32,000 nucleotides of DNA from an uncultured Chloroflexia bacterium. Lineage in GTDB: Bacteria; Chloroflexota; Ktedonobacteria; Ktedonobacterales; JADMIN01. Location of the stretch: the NCBI GenBank assembly GCA_963718915.1, contig CAVRAI010000004.1:840001-872000 (forward strand), read 5' to 3'. The notes below the pieces were generated by a model. That model saw nothing but the letters and a program-made list of their open reading frames with translations, had not been told where the DNA came from and did no database searches. Positions 1 to 10,970 of this stretch are shown here, in pieces (positions within the stretch are counted from its first letter, which is position 1; each line of letters starts with the position of its first letter). The translations under genes were made by a program, and so were the position numbers.

Positions 1-307
1 CGCTATAGACATACGCCACCGGAATCGCCAACAGGACGATGCCGCCGTAGACATAGTGCAGCCCCTCGCCGGGCCGGGCCCCTTGAAGCCAGACTAGCCC
101 GCCCAGGATCGCCTGAAGCAGCCCAAACGCCGCCGTGATGGAGAGCAGGATGCGGAAGACGCGCAGCGGCATCCAGACGTCCCCCGGCTCCGAAGTGCGG
201 CCGCGCGCCAACACCAGCACGACGATCCCCCAGATCAGCGTAATCCCGCCAGCGGCCAGAATCACTGGCGCCGTGTCCTCATGAATCTTGATGAGCGTTG
301 TGAGCAC
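1..307 (-). CDS. membrane protein, N-terminal part (gene runs off the left edge)
   Basis: Own translation of the minus strand from GTG (rc of 305-307): MLTTLIKIHEDTAPVILAAGGITLIWGIVVLVLARG..LLSITAAFGLLQAILGGLVWL..GGIVLLAIPVAYVYS, open to position 1. GGAGG (rc of 313-317) lies 5 nt upstream. Several hydrophobic helices. Absent from the ORF track because it is truncated. Confidence 0.6.
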   Translation of the reverse strand, partial: MLTTLIKIHEDTAPVILAAGGITLIWGIVVLVLARGRTSEPGDVWMPLRVFRILLSITAAFGLLQAILGGLVWLQGARPGEGLHYVYGGIVLLAIPVAYVYS

Positions 308-366
308 AGAAGCCTCCGCGGAAGAGCAGTCGTTACGTCGAACAAAACCGATGAGTTCTGCGTTGG

Positions 367-396
367 ACTATACCGTTCCTCGCGGTCTTCGGGCAA
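367..396 (-). promoter_or_regulatory. candidate sigma70-type promoter for the 1-307 gene
   Basis: Minus strand reads TTGCCC (rc of 391-396), 18 nt, TATAGT (rc of 367-372), about 55 nt upstream of the GTG start. Confidence 0.3.
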
Positions 397-458
397 CTGG
401 TATGCGTCTCAGCTACGTCTCACACGCTTGAAGATAGGCGCCTGGAGGCGACAATAAT

Positions 459-484
459 GCCCTTCTCCACATGGGACGAAGGGC
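459..484 (-). terminator. hairpin after the small ORF 520-723
   Basis: Perfect 7-bp stem GCCCTTC (459-465) / GAAGGGC (478-484). On the minus strand it is followed by ATTATTGT. It lies about 35 nt past the stop of the 67-aa ORF. Confidence 0.35.
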
Positions 485-519
485 GATGGGTTTGTCGGTG
501 AGACGAGATGCGCCATGGA

Positions 520-723
520 CTAATGCGCGGCGGGCGCGGGATGTCCCTCGCGCATTCGCTCGCCAGCGGCGATCAGGGCATCGGCGACCGCCAGCAGCAT
601 GCGCTCTGGCAGGGCTGGCTGGGACTCGCGGCCCTCCTGCATCATGCGGGCAAGCTCGGCCTTGCGATCCAGGTCGCGCTGCTGTTCGTGGGACGACTCG
701 ATCAACAGATTGGGGTCAAACAT
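520..723 (-). CDS. small hypothetical protein (67 aa)
   Basis: ORF track 520-810. The internal ATG (rc of 721-723) is preceded by GGAG (..GAGGAGTTACCC ATG). Product MFDPNLLIESSHEQQRDLDRKAELARMMQEGRESQPALPERMLLAVADALIAAGERMRE.. is charged and helical. No family recognised. Confidence 0.45.
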   Translation of the reverse strand: MFDPNLLIESSHEQQRDLDRKAELARMMQEGRESQPALPERMLLAVADALIAAGERMREGHPAPAAH

Positions 724-810
724 GGGTAACTCCTCCGATATGGGCCGATCAGTCAACTCACTGACCGGGTAAACTGCCAACACATAACTGGGATACGAAG
801 TATATACCAT

Positions 811-875
811 GACAAATTAATAAAGTCAATAGTAAAATTGATTTTATTTCAACTTCACTTAACAATCATCCATCA
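811..875. promoter_or_regulatory. AT-rich divergent promoter region with an imperfect inverted repeat
   Basis: A 65-nt AT-rich block in an otherwise GC-rich window, between divergent genes. AAAGTCAAT (822-830), N6, ATTGATTTT (837-845) match in 8 of 9 positions as an inverted repeat. TAGAAT at about 896-901 is a possible deoB -10. Confidence 0.3.
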
Positions 876-942
876 GCCTCCGGCGCCGCGCTGGGGTAGA
901 ATGCGTGTAGCGGAAACAGTGGCGATTTCAGGGGGTGTCCTC

Positions 943-2127
943 ATGGGTAGGCTCTCAAGGGCCATCGTGATCGTTCTCGATGGCGTCGGCGTTGGGCAGG
1001 CTCCCGATGCGGCGACCTATGGCGATGAGGGCGCGAACTGCCTGGTCAACTGCGCGCGGGCGGTGGGCGGGCTGGCGCTGCCAACGCTGGGTAGCCTTGG
1101 CCTTGGCAACCTGACGGAGATCGCTGGCACGCCGCCACAGTCGCCACTGGGCGCGTGCGGCCGCCTGATCGAGCGCTCGACGGGCAAGGATAGCACCACT
1201 GGCCACTGGGAGCTGATGGGCGTCATCCTTGACCAACCGCTGCCAACGTACCCCAACGGCTTCCCCTCGGCGCTGGTCGCGCGGTTCGAGGCCGCGATTG
1301 GCCGCCGCGTGCTCGGCAACAAGGCCGCCTCAGGCACAGAGATCATCGAAGAATTGGGCGCGGAGCACCTGCGCACTGGCTGGCCGATCCTCTACACATC
1401 CGCCGATAGCGTCTTCCAGCTTGCCGCGCACGAAGAGGTCATCACCACGCCTGACCTCTACCGCATGTGCGAGATCGCGCGTGGCCTGCTGACCGGCGAG
1501 GATGCGGTGGGACGTGTCATCGCCCGCCCCTTCACCGGAGTCCCCGGCTCCTTCGTGCGGACGCCACACCGCCGAGACTTCTCGCTGCCACCGCCTGCCC
1601 CGACCCTGCTCGATGCGCTCAAAGGCAGCGGGCGCGAGGTCGTCGGCATCGGCAAGATTGAGGATCTCTTCGCCGGGCACGGCCTCACCGCCAGCAATCA
1701 CACGGCCACCAACGCCGAGGCGCAGGCGGCGATGCTGGAGCAGCTTGCGCGGCCATTTGCCGGGCTGCTCTTCGTCAATCTGGTCGAGTGTGACCAGAAC
1801 TTTGGCCACCGCCGCAATCCATCGGGCTACGCCGAGGCGCTGCGGATGTTTGATGCCTGGCTGCCCTCTGCGCTGGCGCGGCTGGGAGACGGCGACGCGC
1901 TCTTCATCACCGGCGACCACGGCACCGATCCCACCTGGCGTGGTACTGACCACACGCGTGAGAGCGTGCCGCTCCTGGCCGTGGGCAGGCCCATCCGTGC
2001 GGGCGTTAATCTTGGCGCGCGCGGGAGCTTCGCCGATCTGGGCGCGACGCTCGCCGAGGCGTTCGGTCTGCCGCCGTTGGCGAATGGCCGCAGCTTCGCG
2101 GGCGCGCTTGGGTTGGCGGACACGTAA
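943..2127 (+). CDS. deoB: phosphopentomutase
   Basis: ORF 838-2127. Likely start is ATG 943 (GGGGG 6 nt upstream), giving 394 aa. N-terminus RAIVIVLDGVGVG, GKDSTTGHWELMG, and C-terminal ITGDHGTDPT..DHTRE are phosphopentomutase / alkaline-phosphatase-superfamily hallmarks. Confidence 0.92.
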   Translation: MGRLSRAIVIVLDGVGVGQAPDAATYGDEGANCLVNCARAVGGLALPTLGSLGLGNLTEIAGTPPQSPLGACGRLIERSTGKDSTTGHWELMGVILDQPLPTYPNGFPSALVARFEAAIGRRVLGNKAASGTEIIEELGAEHLRTGWPILYTSADSVFQLAAHEEVITTPDLYRMCEIARGLLTGEDAVGRVIARPFTGVPGSFVRTPHRRDFSLPPPAPTLLDALKGSGREVVGIGKIEDLFAGHGLTASNHTATNAEAQAAMLEQLARPFAGLLFVNLVECDQNFGHRRNPSGYAEALRMFDAWLPSALARLGDGDALFITGDHGTDPTWRGTDHTRESVPLLAVGRPIRAGVNLGARGSFADLGATLAEAFGLPPLANGRSFAGALGLADT

Positions 2128-2183
2128 TCACCACTCGCCGCTAGCTCCCCCTCCCACTTCAGTGGAGGTGGTTAGGAGAGAGG

Positions 2184-2726
2184 TTAGCTATCGCCATGGA
2201 CGCGGCTGAAGACTACCATGTCGTGCCAGCGCCCACCGCGCCAGGCTGCAGAGCGCGCCACGCCCTCGCGGGTAAATCCCGCCCGTTCGAGCGCCCGCTG
2301 CTCCGCGGTATTCTCGAGATCGGTGCTCGCCTCGACCCGGCCCACCGGGAAGGTGGCCAGCAGGTAGTCGGCGAAGAGTCGCTGCGCCTCGCTGCCGAAG
2401 CCCTGCCCCCGCTGTTCTGGCTCGATCTCGATGCCGATATTGTAAGCGGGCGAATAGACGCCATACGAGACAGGGTGGCTGCTCAACGTCCCTACGGGCA
2501 CGCCATCTTTGCGGACAATCAGCAGCGCGCCGCCCTCCACCGTCAGCGCGCGGTTATCACGGTAGCGGCGTCGAATGTCGTCGAGCGAGACCGGCCTGAG
2601 GATGTCGTAGTCGCCGACCACGGCAGGATCATTGGCCCAGCGGTGTAGCAGTGGATAATCTGCCTCCTCAATCGCGCGCAGGTCAACGCGCTCTCCGCGC
2701 AGCAAAGAACTCTTCGACTCAGACAC
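2184..2726 (-). CDS. GNAT family N-acetyltransferase (RimJ/RimL-like)
   Basis: 180 aa, GTG start with GGAG 7 nt upstream. LRAIEEADYPLLHRWANDP.., acetyl-CoA motif QRGQGFGSEA, C-terminal ENTAEQRALERAGFTREG. Confidence 0.85.
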   Translation of the reverse strand: MSESKSSLLRGERVDLRAIEEADYPLLHRWANDPAVVGDYDILRPVSLDDIRRRYRDNRALTVEGGALLIVRKDGVPVGTLSSHPVSYGVYSPAYNIGIEIEPEQRGQGFGSEAQRLFADYLLATFPVGRVEASTDLENTAEQRALERAGFTREGVARSAAWRGGRWHDMVVFSRVHGDS

Positions 2727-2835
2727 AGTCAGGCTCCTTCGGAAGACAATATGGTGGGGTTATTGATGTGGTAAATGGTTGTGGTAGGCACCTTTGCGGA
2801 GTATCCCACGCCAGGCAGGGCATGGCAAGCGCCGC

Positions 2836-3984
2836 TCATCCAGCCAGACGCTCCCAGAGCGAAGGCTGTACCCATCCGTGGACGACACGCGGCTGGTAAG
2901 TGATCTCCGCCGCGCCATCGACCGGGCTAAGTCCGCTGAGCGCCAGCCCAAGCAGCCGAATAGCCCGTACGCCATCGAGGAGCGGCGCGATCTCTTCCCG
3001 CAGCAGCGCTTCCACGGCATCTGCCAGCGGGTTGGCCTGCGCGGTCGGTGTTGCCAGTGGCTGCTGGCGCGTGACAATCTGAAAGTTGGACCACTTGACC
3101 TTGAGCGTGATGGTCCTGCCAACCATGCCCTTGCTCTCAGCGCGCCGGGCCACCGACAGCGCCAGTTTGCGGACATGTTCCACAGCGCGCTCGACATCGG
3201 CGATATCGCGCTCGTAGGTGTTTTCATGCGAGATGCTCTTGGGTGGCTCGTGTTCGGTTTCGACGGGGCGATCATCCTCACCATGCGCCAGCCGCCAGAG
3301 CCAAGTCCCGTGCTTGCCGAAGAGCGATTCCATCTCGCGCAGCTCGCGCGCGGCCAGATCGCCGACCGTCCGCAAGCCCAGGCGCTCCAGCCGCTCGCGG
3401 GTATGGGGGCCGACGCCGTTCAGCCGACTCACTGGCAACGGGCGCAGAAACGCATCTTCAGCGCCGGGCCGGATCACCAGACAGCCGTCGGGCTTCGAGG
3501 CGTCGCTGGCAAGCTTGGCAATCGATTTGTTGCGACCGACGCCAATCGAGATGACGAGGCCAGTCTCGCTCAGCACCCTCAGTTTGATGCGCCGGGCAAT
3601 CGCCTCCCCCCGCTCGCAGCCTGGCAGCCCTGGTGGCAATTCGCCATATGCCTCGTCAACCGACACCTGTTCCAGCGCCAGCACCGAGTCCGCGAGAATT
3701 GCCATCACGCGCCGGGAGAGCTCGCGGTAGCGGTCGAAGCGCGGGCGCAGGAAGATGGCCTGGGGACACAGACGTCGCGCTTGGGCGGCGGCCATCGCGC
3801 TGGCGATGCCATAGCGGCGGGCGGCATAGTTGGCCGTGCTGACCACCCCGCGCCGATCAGGGTCGCCGCCGACGATGACGGGCTTACCGCGCAGTGCGGG
3901 ATTATCAAGCTCCTCGACCGCGGCGAAGAAGCAATCGAGGTCGGCATGGAGCACCCGGCGGAATCCCCCCGCTGGAATCACCAC
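2836..3984 (-). CDS. dinB: DNA polymerase IV (Y-family translesion polymerase)
   Basis: 382 aa. VLHADLDCFFAAVEELDNPALRGKPVIVGG, ANYAARRYGI, SVDEAY, and a little-finger region, as in DinB. Confidence 0.93.
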   Translation of the reverse strand: MVIPAGGFRRVLHADLDCFFAAVEELDNPALRGKPVIVGGDPDRRGVVSTANYAARRYGIASAMAAAQARRLCPQAIFLRPRFDRYRELSRRVMAILADSVLALEQVSVDEAYGELPPGLPGCERGEAIARRIKLRVLSETGLVISIGVGRNKSIAKLASDASKPDGCLVIRPGAEDAFLRPLPVSRLNGVGPHTRERLERLGLRTVGDLAARELREMESLFGKHGTWLWRLAHGEDDRPVETEHEPPKSISHENTYERDIADVERAVEHVRKLALSVARRAESKGMVGRTITLKVKWSNFQIVTRQQPLATPTAQANPLADAVEALLREEIAPLLDGVRAIRLLGLALSGLSPVDGAAEITYQPRVVHGWVQPSLWERLAG

Positions 3985-4054
3985 GTTCGTTGCCCTCCGT
4001 AACTCAACGCGCTTCGGGCAGGGTGAACTTGCGCCGCCCGCCTCTCTGTCTGGT

Positions 4055-4083
4055 AGTATACCGAATAAAGAACAAATGGTCTA
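4055..4083 (-). promoter_or_regulatory. candidate dinB promoter with overlapping Cheo-box-like (LexA) site
   Basis: Minus strand reads TAGACC (rc of 4078-4083), 17 nt, TATACT (rc of 4055-4060). GACC-ATTT-GTTC (rc of 4070-4081) is one mismatch from GAAC-N4-GTTC and overlaps the -35 and spacer, about 90 nt upstream of the dinB ATG. Confidence 0.3.
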
Positions 4084-4146
4084 GCTATGAAGTCACTGAC
4101 TGTCATACATTGTGAAGGGAAATGTCCCGGCGTGGCGGGCATCGCA

Positions 4147-4155
4147 TGGTATAAT
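4147..4155 (+). promoter_or_regulatory. extended -10 element (TGgTATAAT) upstream of secA
   Basis: TGGTATAAT at 4147-4155. No good -35. It directly abuts GAGGAGG (4156-4162), so the promoter and SD readings are mutually exclusive. Confidence 0.3.
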
Positions 4156-4305
4156 GAGGAGGCGCCCAGATGGATCGGGGCGGAGACATGAGACGTCCTG
4201 AAGATGGAGATTTTTTGCGTCTCGTGCGTATACATCTACGTGTACATTAGCTGCATATAGGGCGGGAAGCATCCCCAGACAACGAGAAGAGCAACTAGGA
4301 TCAGC

Positions 4306-4328
4306 ATGACGAAAGACTGGTATCGAAG

Positions 4329-4332
<4 letters not shown>
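4306..4332 (+). other. 8-codon upstream ORF (MTKDWYRR*) overlapping the secA start
   Basis: AGGA (4297-4300), 5 nt, ATG 4306. The stop TGA 4330-4332 overlaps the secA ATG 4329-4331 (AGATGA). secA has no properly spaced SD of its own. Confidence 0.3.
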
Positions 4333-7205
<2,873 letters not shown>

Positions 7206-7214
<9 letters not shown>

Positions 7215-7229
7215 TCTGGCCGCTAATCT
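7206..7229 (+). repeat. perfect 12-bp tandem duplication spanning the secA stop codon
   Basis: GGCCGCTAATCT at 7206-7217 is repeated exactly at 7218-7229. The first copy contains the secA TAA (7212-7214). Confidence 0.9.
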
Positions 7230-7258
7230 CTCGCCCGCGCCGCACGCGAACAAAGCAA

Positions 7259-7296
7259 TCCCCCGCTGAAATCACTCCGGCGGGGGATATTCTATT
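7259..7296 (+). terminator. intrinsic terminator between convergent secA and 7329-8063
   Basis: 8-bp stem TCCCCCGC (7259-7266) / GCGGGGGA (7280-7287), 13-nt loop, followed by TATTCTATT. Confidence 0.55.
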
Positions 7297-7328
7297 GGCT
7301 GCTGTGCTGTGTGAGCTAGATATGCGCC

Positions 7329-8063
7329 CTACAGGCCGTATTGTGTCCAGTCGGTGAACGGCTTGGGCTGCACATTCGGGCTATTGTACAGGATCGCAAT
7401 GGTCTCGTGCTCCGCCAGCCCTATGGCGCGCGGATCGCTGGTGACCTGTGTCAGTTTGCCCGAAGCATCGAATACCTCGAATACCAGCTTGTGCGTGCTA
7501 TCGGCTTTGTTCCCCATCACCTGCGTGGCGCTGAGCGGCTGCCCCCAGATATCGAAGAAATTGCCGAGGGTGTACGTCTTCTGGATCGGCGATTCAATGT
7601 GGATGATGTTTGGCTCGCCATCATGCACGTGGAGCGGATAGAGACATGTCTTCAGCCCATTTGACGCCAGCGCCGTTTCGCCAGAGGCTGCGGGCGCGAC
7701 AATACCAGCGCCTGGGGGGACTGTCACTGGCTTGCCATCCGCGTAAATTTCCAGATACGAATGGATGTGGAAGACAAGCTGCTCGCTGGATGTGCATTCC
7801 ATGCCATCCACCGTCTGACCACTGGCGGGGCTGAGGCCAGTCGTTGACGAGGTAGACGGCCCCTGATGGGTAGCGACCAGCACGACGCTAATCAGCGCTA
7901 CCAGCAGAATTGGGACACCAATGATGGCCGCTAAACGCAGCCGTTGATTGCGAATCTTGCGTTGTCGCTCGCGTTCACGGATCACTTGTCGCTGCTGTAA
8001 TTGCTGGCGTCGTGAATCGCGCCGCTGATCCCGTTTCGTGGTCGAACCCCCTGGGCCGCTCAT
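7329..8063 (-). CDS. membrane-anchored conserved hypothetical protein with His-rich beta domain
   Basis: 244 aa. Arg/Gln-rich N-terminus, one TM helix (AAIIGVPILLVALISVVLVA), Ser/Thr linker, then FHIHSYLEIYADGKPVTVPPGAGI..CLYPLHVHDGEPNIIHIESP..TLGNFFDIWGQPL. GGAGAG precedes the ATG. Confidence 0.7.
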   Translation of the reverse strand: MSGPGGSTTKRDQRRDSRRQQLQQRQVIRERERQRKIRNQRLRLAAIIGVPILLVALISVVLVATHQGPSTSSTTGLSPASGQTVDGMECTSSEQLVFHIHSYLEIYADGKPVTVPPGAGIVAPAASGETALASNGLKTCLYPLHVHDGEPNIIHIESPIQKTYTLGNFFDIWGQPLSATQVMGNKADSTHKLVFEVFDASGKLTQVTSDPRAIGLAEHETIAILYNSPNVQPKPFTDWTQYGL

Positions 8064-8299
8064 GAATACTCTCTCCGATTATCGCCTGGTTACTATGTTC
8101 GGGCTGTCCACCTGACTTCTCACAGTATCTATACGAGAGAGATGACAGTTCGGCATGTATAACCCATGGCAAGATGACACAAACGCGCTCAGTATATGGC
8201 GCGACGGGGGGTATGTCAACGAAAATCAGCCCATTGATGTATGAGGAGCTGCGCTGTTGCTGATGAAGGGGCCATCAGGTCGGATGAGCCGATGGAGGA

Positions 8300-8704
8300 T
8301 TACTGGTCGCTCAGGACAAACTCACCCTCGGCAAGGCGGCGCCCGTCTTGATTCTCGCAGTAGGTGAGTATCCGCACCGACTGTGTGGTATTGTCCCGGT
8401 CAACCATCTGGGCCGTCGCAGTGAGAGTGTCGTCGGTGTAGGCTGGCTCGGAGAAACGGATAGTCTCGCTCAAGAAGCGCACCGTGTCAGGGCGTAGCCC
8501 ATGTTGCGCGGCGGCTCCCGCGAGCATGGCCGCAATCATGGCCATCGGCGCGATTTGCCGCGTGCTTTGCGTCGGTATCGGAATCTGATCGGGCGTCACC
8601 GTCGTCAGGCCAGTCACCAGGTTGAACAGCGCCACATCGGCGTCGGAGATTTGCTTCGTGAGTGTTGTCACCGTGCCATCCTGGTGTGAAATACTCTCGT
8701 TCAC
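8300..8704 (-). CDS. hotdog-fold (MaoC-dehydratase-like) protein, catalytic motif degenerate
   Basis: 134 aa, GTG start with GGAG 6 nt upstream. The layout ISDADVALFNLVTG.., central helix IAPMAMIAAMLAGAAA, ..IRFSEPAYTDDTLTATAQMV..ENQDGRRLAEGEFVL follows MaoC/hotdog topology. The usual GD-NP-H segment is replaced by GLTTVTPDQI. Confidence 0.55.
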   Translation of the reverse strand: MNESISHQDGTVTTLTKQISDADVALFNLVTGLTTVTPDQIPIPTQSTRQIAPMAMIAAMLAGAAAQHGLRPDTVRFLSETIRFSEPAYTDDTLTATAQMVDRDNTTQSVRILTYCENQDGRRLAEGEFVLSDQ

Positions 8705-8892
8705 TGCTCGCTCCGTCCTCTGGTAGACCGCGCGTTGGCAGATACGCCTTGCGCGAGTATAGCATGTGTCTGGCCCAGAGGCAATGTATCACAATGTATG
8801 GGCGCCGAGTGGGCGATTTTGTTGCCACTGGTGACCATTCAGCGCGGCTGGTTCGTTCTGTCATTCATCAGGCTAGGTTAGACGGCGTGGCG

Positions 8893-8898
8893 TATAAT
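8893..8898 (+). promoter_or_regulatory. consensus -10 hexamer (TATAAT) upstream of the 8965-11487 operon
   Basis: TATAAT at 8893-8898, about 65 nt upstream of ATG 8965. No convincing -35. Confidence 0.3.
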
Positions 8899-8964
8899 AC
8901 GGTGTCACTACAACGTTCCACCAGAGCGAGCGGGCGGAGCGATGAATGAGGCGGTGGAGATTTT

Positions 8965-10389
8965 ATGGATGCGAATGATACCGGACATATCTGGCTGCGG
9001 CAGGCCGTAACGTTTACGTTAGACGGGCAGACGCGGACGCTTGAGATCGGCATTCCCGTTCCGCGCGATGCGAGCGCGCAGGATGTCGAGACGCTTCTCG
9101 AAGTCGCTGACGTCGGGATGATCGCGCTCTCACGCCGCCTCGATACACGCATTGCTGAAGTACTGAGCGGAACCCATGCTGACATTCCAGCGCTACCACC
9201 ATCCGCTCAGGAGGCTGCGTCCGCCAATGGACATATGCCAGCAGATGCGGTAACCGTGGATCCGGCGCCAGCGGCCAAGCCGCCAGTAGAGCAGCCACAT
9301 GATACAGGCGGCGGCGCCCGCATTTCTCCACCGCGAGCGCCTGAGCGGCCAACACACCCAGCCCAACCGACGGCTGCTCTCGAGAGTCCGATTGCGGCGC
9401 AACCGCCACAGCGATCTGAGCCGTCTCGCACCAAGCCGCCCGTCACTGCGCCCGCCGCGAGCGCCGAAATGACTCGGCCAGAGTTTCTGGCTGCCGCCGC
9501 TGAGCTTGGCCTCAACCCTCGTCAGGCGATGGATCGATTAGGCGTCCGCTCGCTCGAAGGGCTTAACCTGCGCGAGGCGTTGGAGTCACTACGACGGCAA
9601 TTGCTCGGAGCCTCTTCTCATGCCGAGCCCGAACTAGAATCAGAACCAGAGCCAAATGTCGCGCCTGAACCTGTAGCGAGCGCTAGCTCCGCCGTCACCG
9701 CTCCGCCAGTTGCGTCACGTTTTGAGGAAGAGGATGACGAGACCATCTTCTATGCGCTCGACGAGGACGACGAACTGACCGAGGACGAATTTGCCGCCAC
9801 ACCCACTGGCGATGGTATGAATCATCCTGTTGGGAGCGATGATGCGCTCGATGAAAACGATGACGATGACGAGGATGTAGACCTTGACGACGTGCCTGAT
9901 CTCTCGCCGCCGCCCGCGCCTTCCCGCTCGCGAACGACACCAGCCGGGCGCAAGACCCCCAATGCTGCCCGTGAGACCTCCGCTCCCGCCCACGATGCGC
10001 CAGCTACCAGCGGCGCCAGTAGCGCGCGCACGCAGGCAATGCGGCTCATTGGCAAGCTCCGCTCGGCGACTGGTGGCGGAACCGCAAACGACTATCAGCG
10101 CAATGCCTATCGCAATATCGTCGAAACTGAGCTTGGCCGGACGCGGGCGGTGGCGCTGGTGCGTGGTCTCTGGCGGACAACCGCCGATCATCTGACGTCG
10201 GGGCAGCTGGATGCGCTCATTCGCTGGGGCAAGGAAGAGGTATTCGCCGAGGAAGCGGAACAGGTGCTCGCGGCGCTCCGGGCTGAGCAAGAGCGTGCGG
10301 ATCAGGAAGCGGCAGCCGCCGATGGCTCCGACACTCCAGCCGCGTCGCGCCCTGCGCCGCGGGGACGTCCCGCCGGGGGAACGCGGTAA
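8965..10389 (+). CDS. hypothetical protein with long Pro/Ala-rich and highly acidic disordered segments
   Basis: 474 aa, GGAG 5 nt upstream of the ATG. Small folded-looking N-terminal module, a helical segment (MTRPEFLAAAAELGLNPRQAMDRLG..), an Asp/Glu run (EEEDDETIFYALDEDDELTEDE..DENDDDDEDVDLDD) and a C-terminal helical module. The stop TAA overlaps the rsmD ATG (TAATG). Confidence 0.65.
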   Translation: MDANDTGHIWLRQAVTFTLDGQTRTLEIGIPVPRDASAQDVETLLEVADVGMIALSRRLDTRIAEVLSGTHADIPALPPSAQEAASANGHMPADAVTVDPAPAAKPPVEQPHDTGGGARISPPRAPERPTHPAQPTAALESPIAAQPPQRSEPSRTKPPVTAPAASAEMTRPEFLAAAAELGLNPRQAMDRLGVRSLEGLNLREALESLRRQLLGASSHAEPELESEPEPNVAPEPVASASSAVTAPPVASRFEEEDDETIFYALDEDDELTEDEFAATPTGDGMNHPVGSDDALDENDDDDEDVDLDDVPDLSPPPAPSRSRTTPAGRKTPNAARETSAPAHDAPATSGASSARTQAMRLIGKLRSATGGGTANDYQRNAYRNIVETELGRTRAVALVRGLWRTTADHLTSGQLDALIRWGKEEVFAEEAEQVLAALRAEQERADQEAAAADGSDTPAASRPAPRGRPAGGTR

Positions 10390-10970
10390 TGCGCGTCATT
10401 TCAGGCAGCGCCCGTGGGAGGAAGCTGAAATCACCGAAATCCAGCGAGACGCGGCCAATCATGGATCGTGTCAAGACGGCGCTCTTTGACATTCTCGCGC
10501 CAGAGATTATGGGCATGCGTGTCCTCGATCTGTTTGCCGGAACCGGAGCAGTAGGTATTGAGGCGTTGAGCCGGGGCGCGGAATCCGCGACATTCATCGA
10601 GCGCAGCCCGGAGGCCTGGCGGCTGGTATGCGAGAATCTTGCGCTCACCAACCTCAGCGACCGCGCCGAGGCGTTACGCTCCGATGCCTTTGCCTACTTG
10701 CAGCAGGCAGCGGCCACCGGTCGGCGGTTCGATCTGGTCTATGTTGCGCCACCGCAATATGTGAACATGGCGACGCAGGCGCTCATGCAGCTTGATGCCT
10801 CGCCCCTGACGGAGCCAGACGGACTGGTGATCGTACAAATCCACCCACAGGAGCGCGCCAAGCTAGATGCGCTCATGCTCAAACGGCTGCGTCGCTATGA
10901 CGAGCGGCGCTACGGCAGCACGCTACTCCTGTTTTACACGCACGACGAGGAATCCCATGCAACCGGCTAA
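10389..10970 (+). CDS. rsmD: 16S rRNA (guanine966-N2)-methyltransferase RsmD family
   Basis: 193 aa. MRVISGSARGRKLKSP..TRPIMDRVKTALFDIL and SAM motif VLDLFAGTGAVGIEALSRGA. Motif IV reads VAPPQY instead of the usual DPPF/Y. Confidence 0.85.
   Translation: MRVISGSARGRKLKSPKSSETRPIMDRVKTALFDILAPEIMGMRVLDLFAGTGAVGIEALSRGAESATFIERSPEAWRLVCENLALTNLSDRAEALRSDAFAYLQQAAATGRRFDLVYVAPPQYVNMATQALMQLDASPLTEPDGLVIVQIHPQERAKLDALMLKRLRRYDERRYGSTLLLFYTHDEESHATG

Noticed and set aside
2140-2172. Hairpin between convergent deoB and GNAT genes as a terminator
   Set aside because: The stem is only 4+3 bp with a bulge (CCTCCCAC / GTGGAGG) and has no U-tract. It is too weak to call.
4170-4250. Reading the 26-codon uORF upstream of secA as a SecM/MifM/VemP-type secretion-monitor arrest peptide
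   Set aside because: The peptide has no signal sequence or TM segment, and I recognise no arrest motif in it. Its SD abuts a TATAAT that may instead be the promoter. It is kept only as a generic uORF observation.
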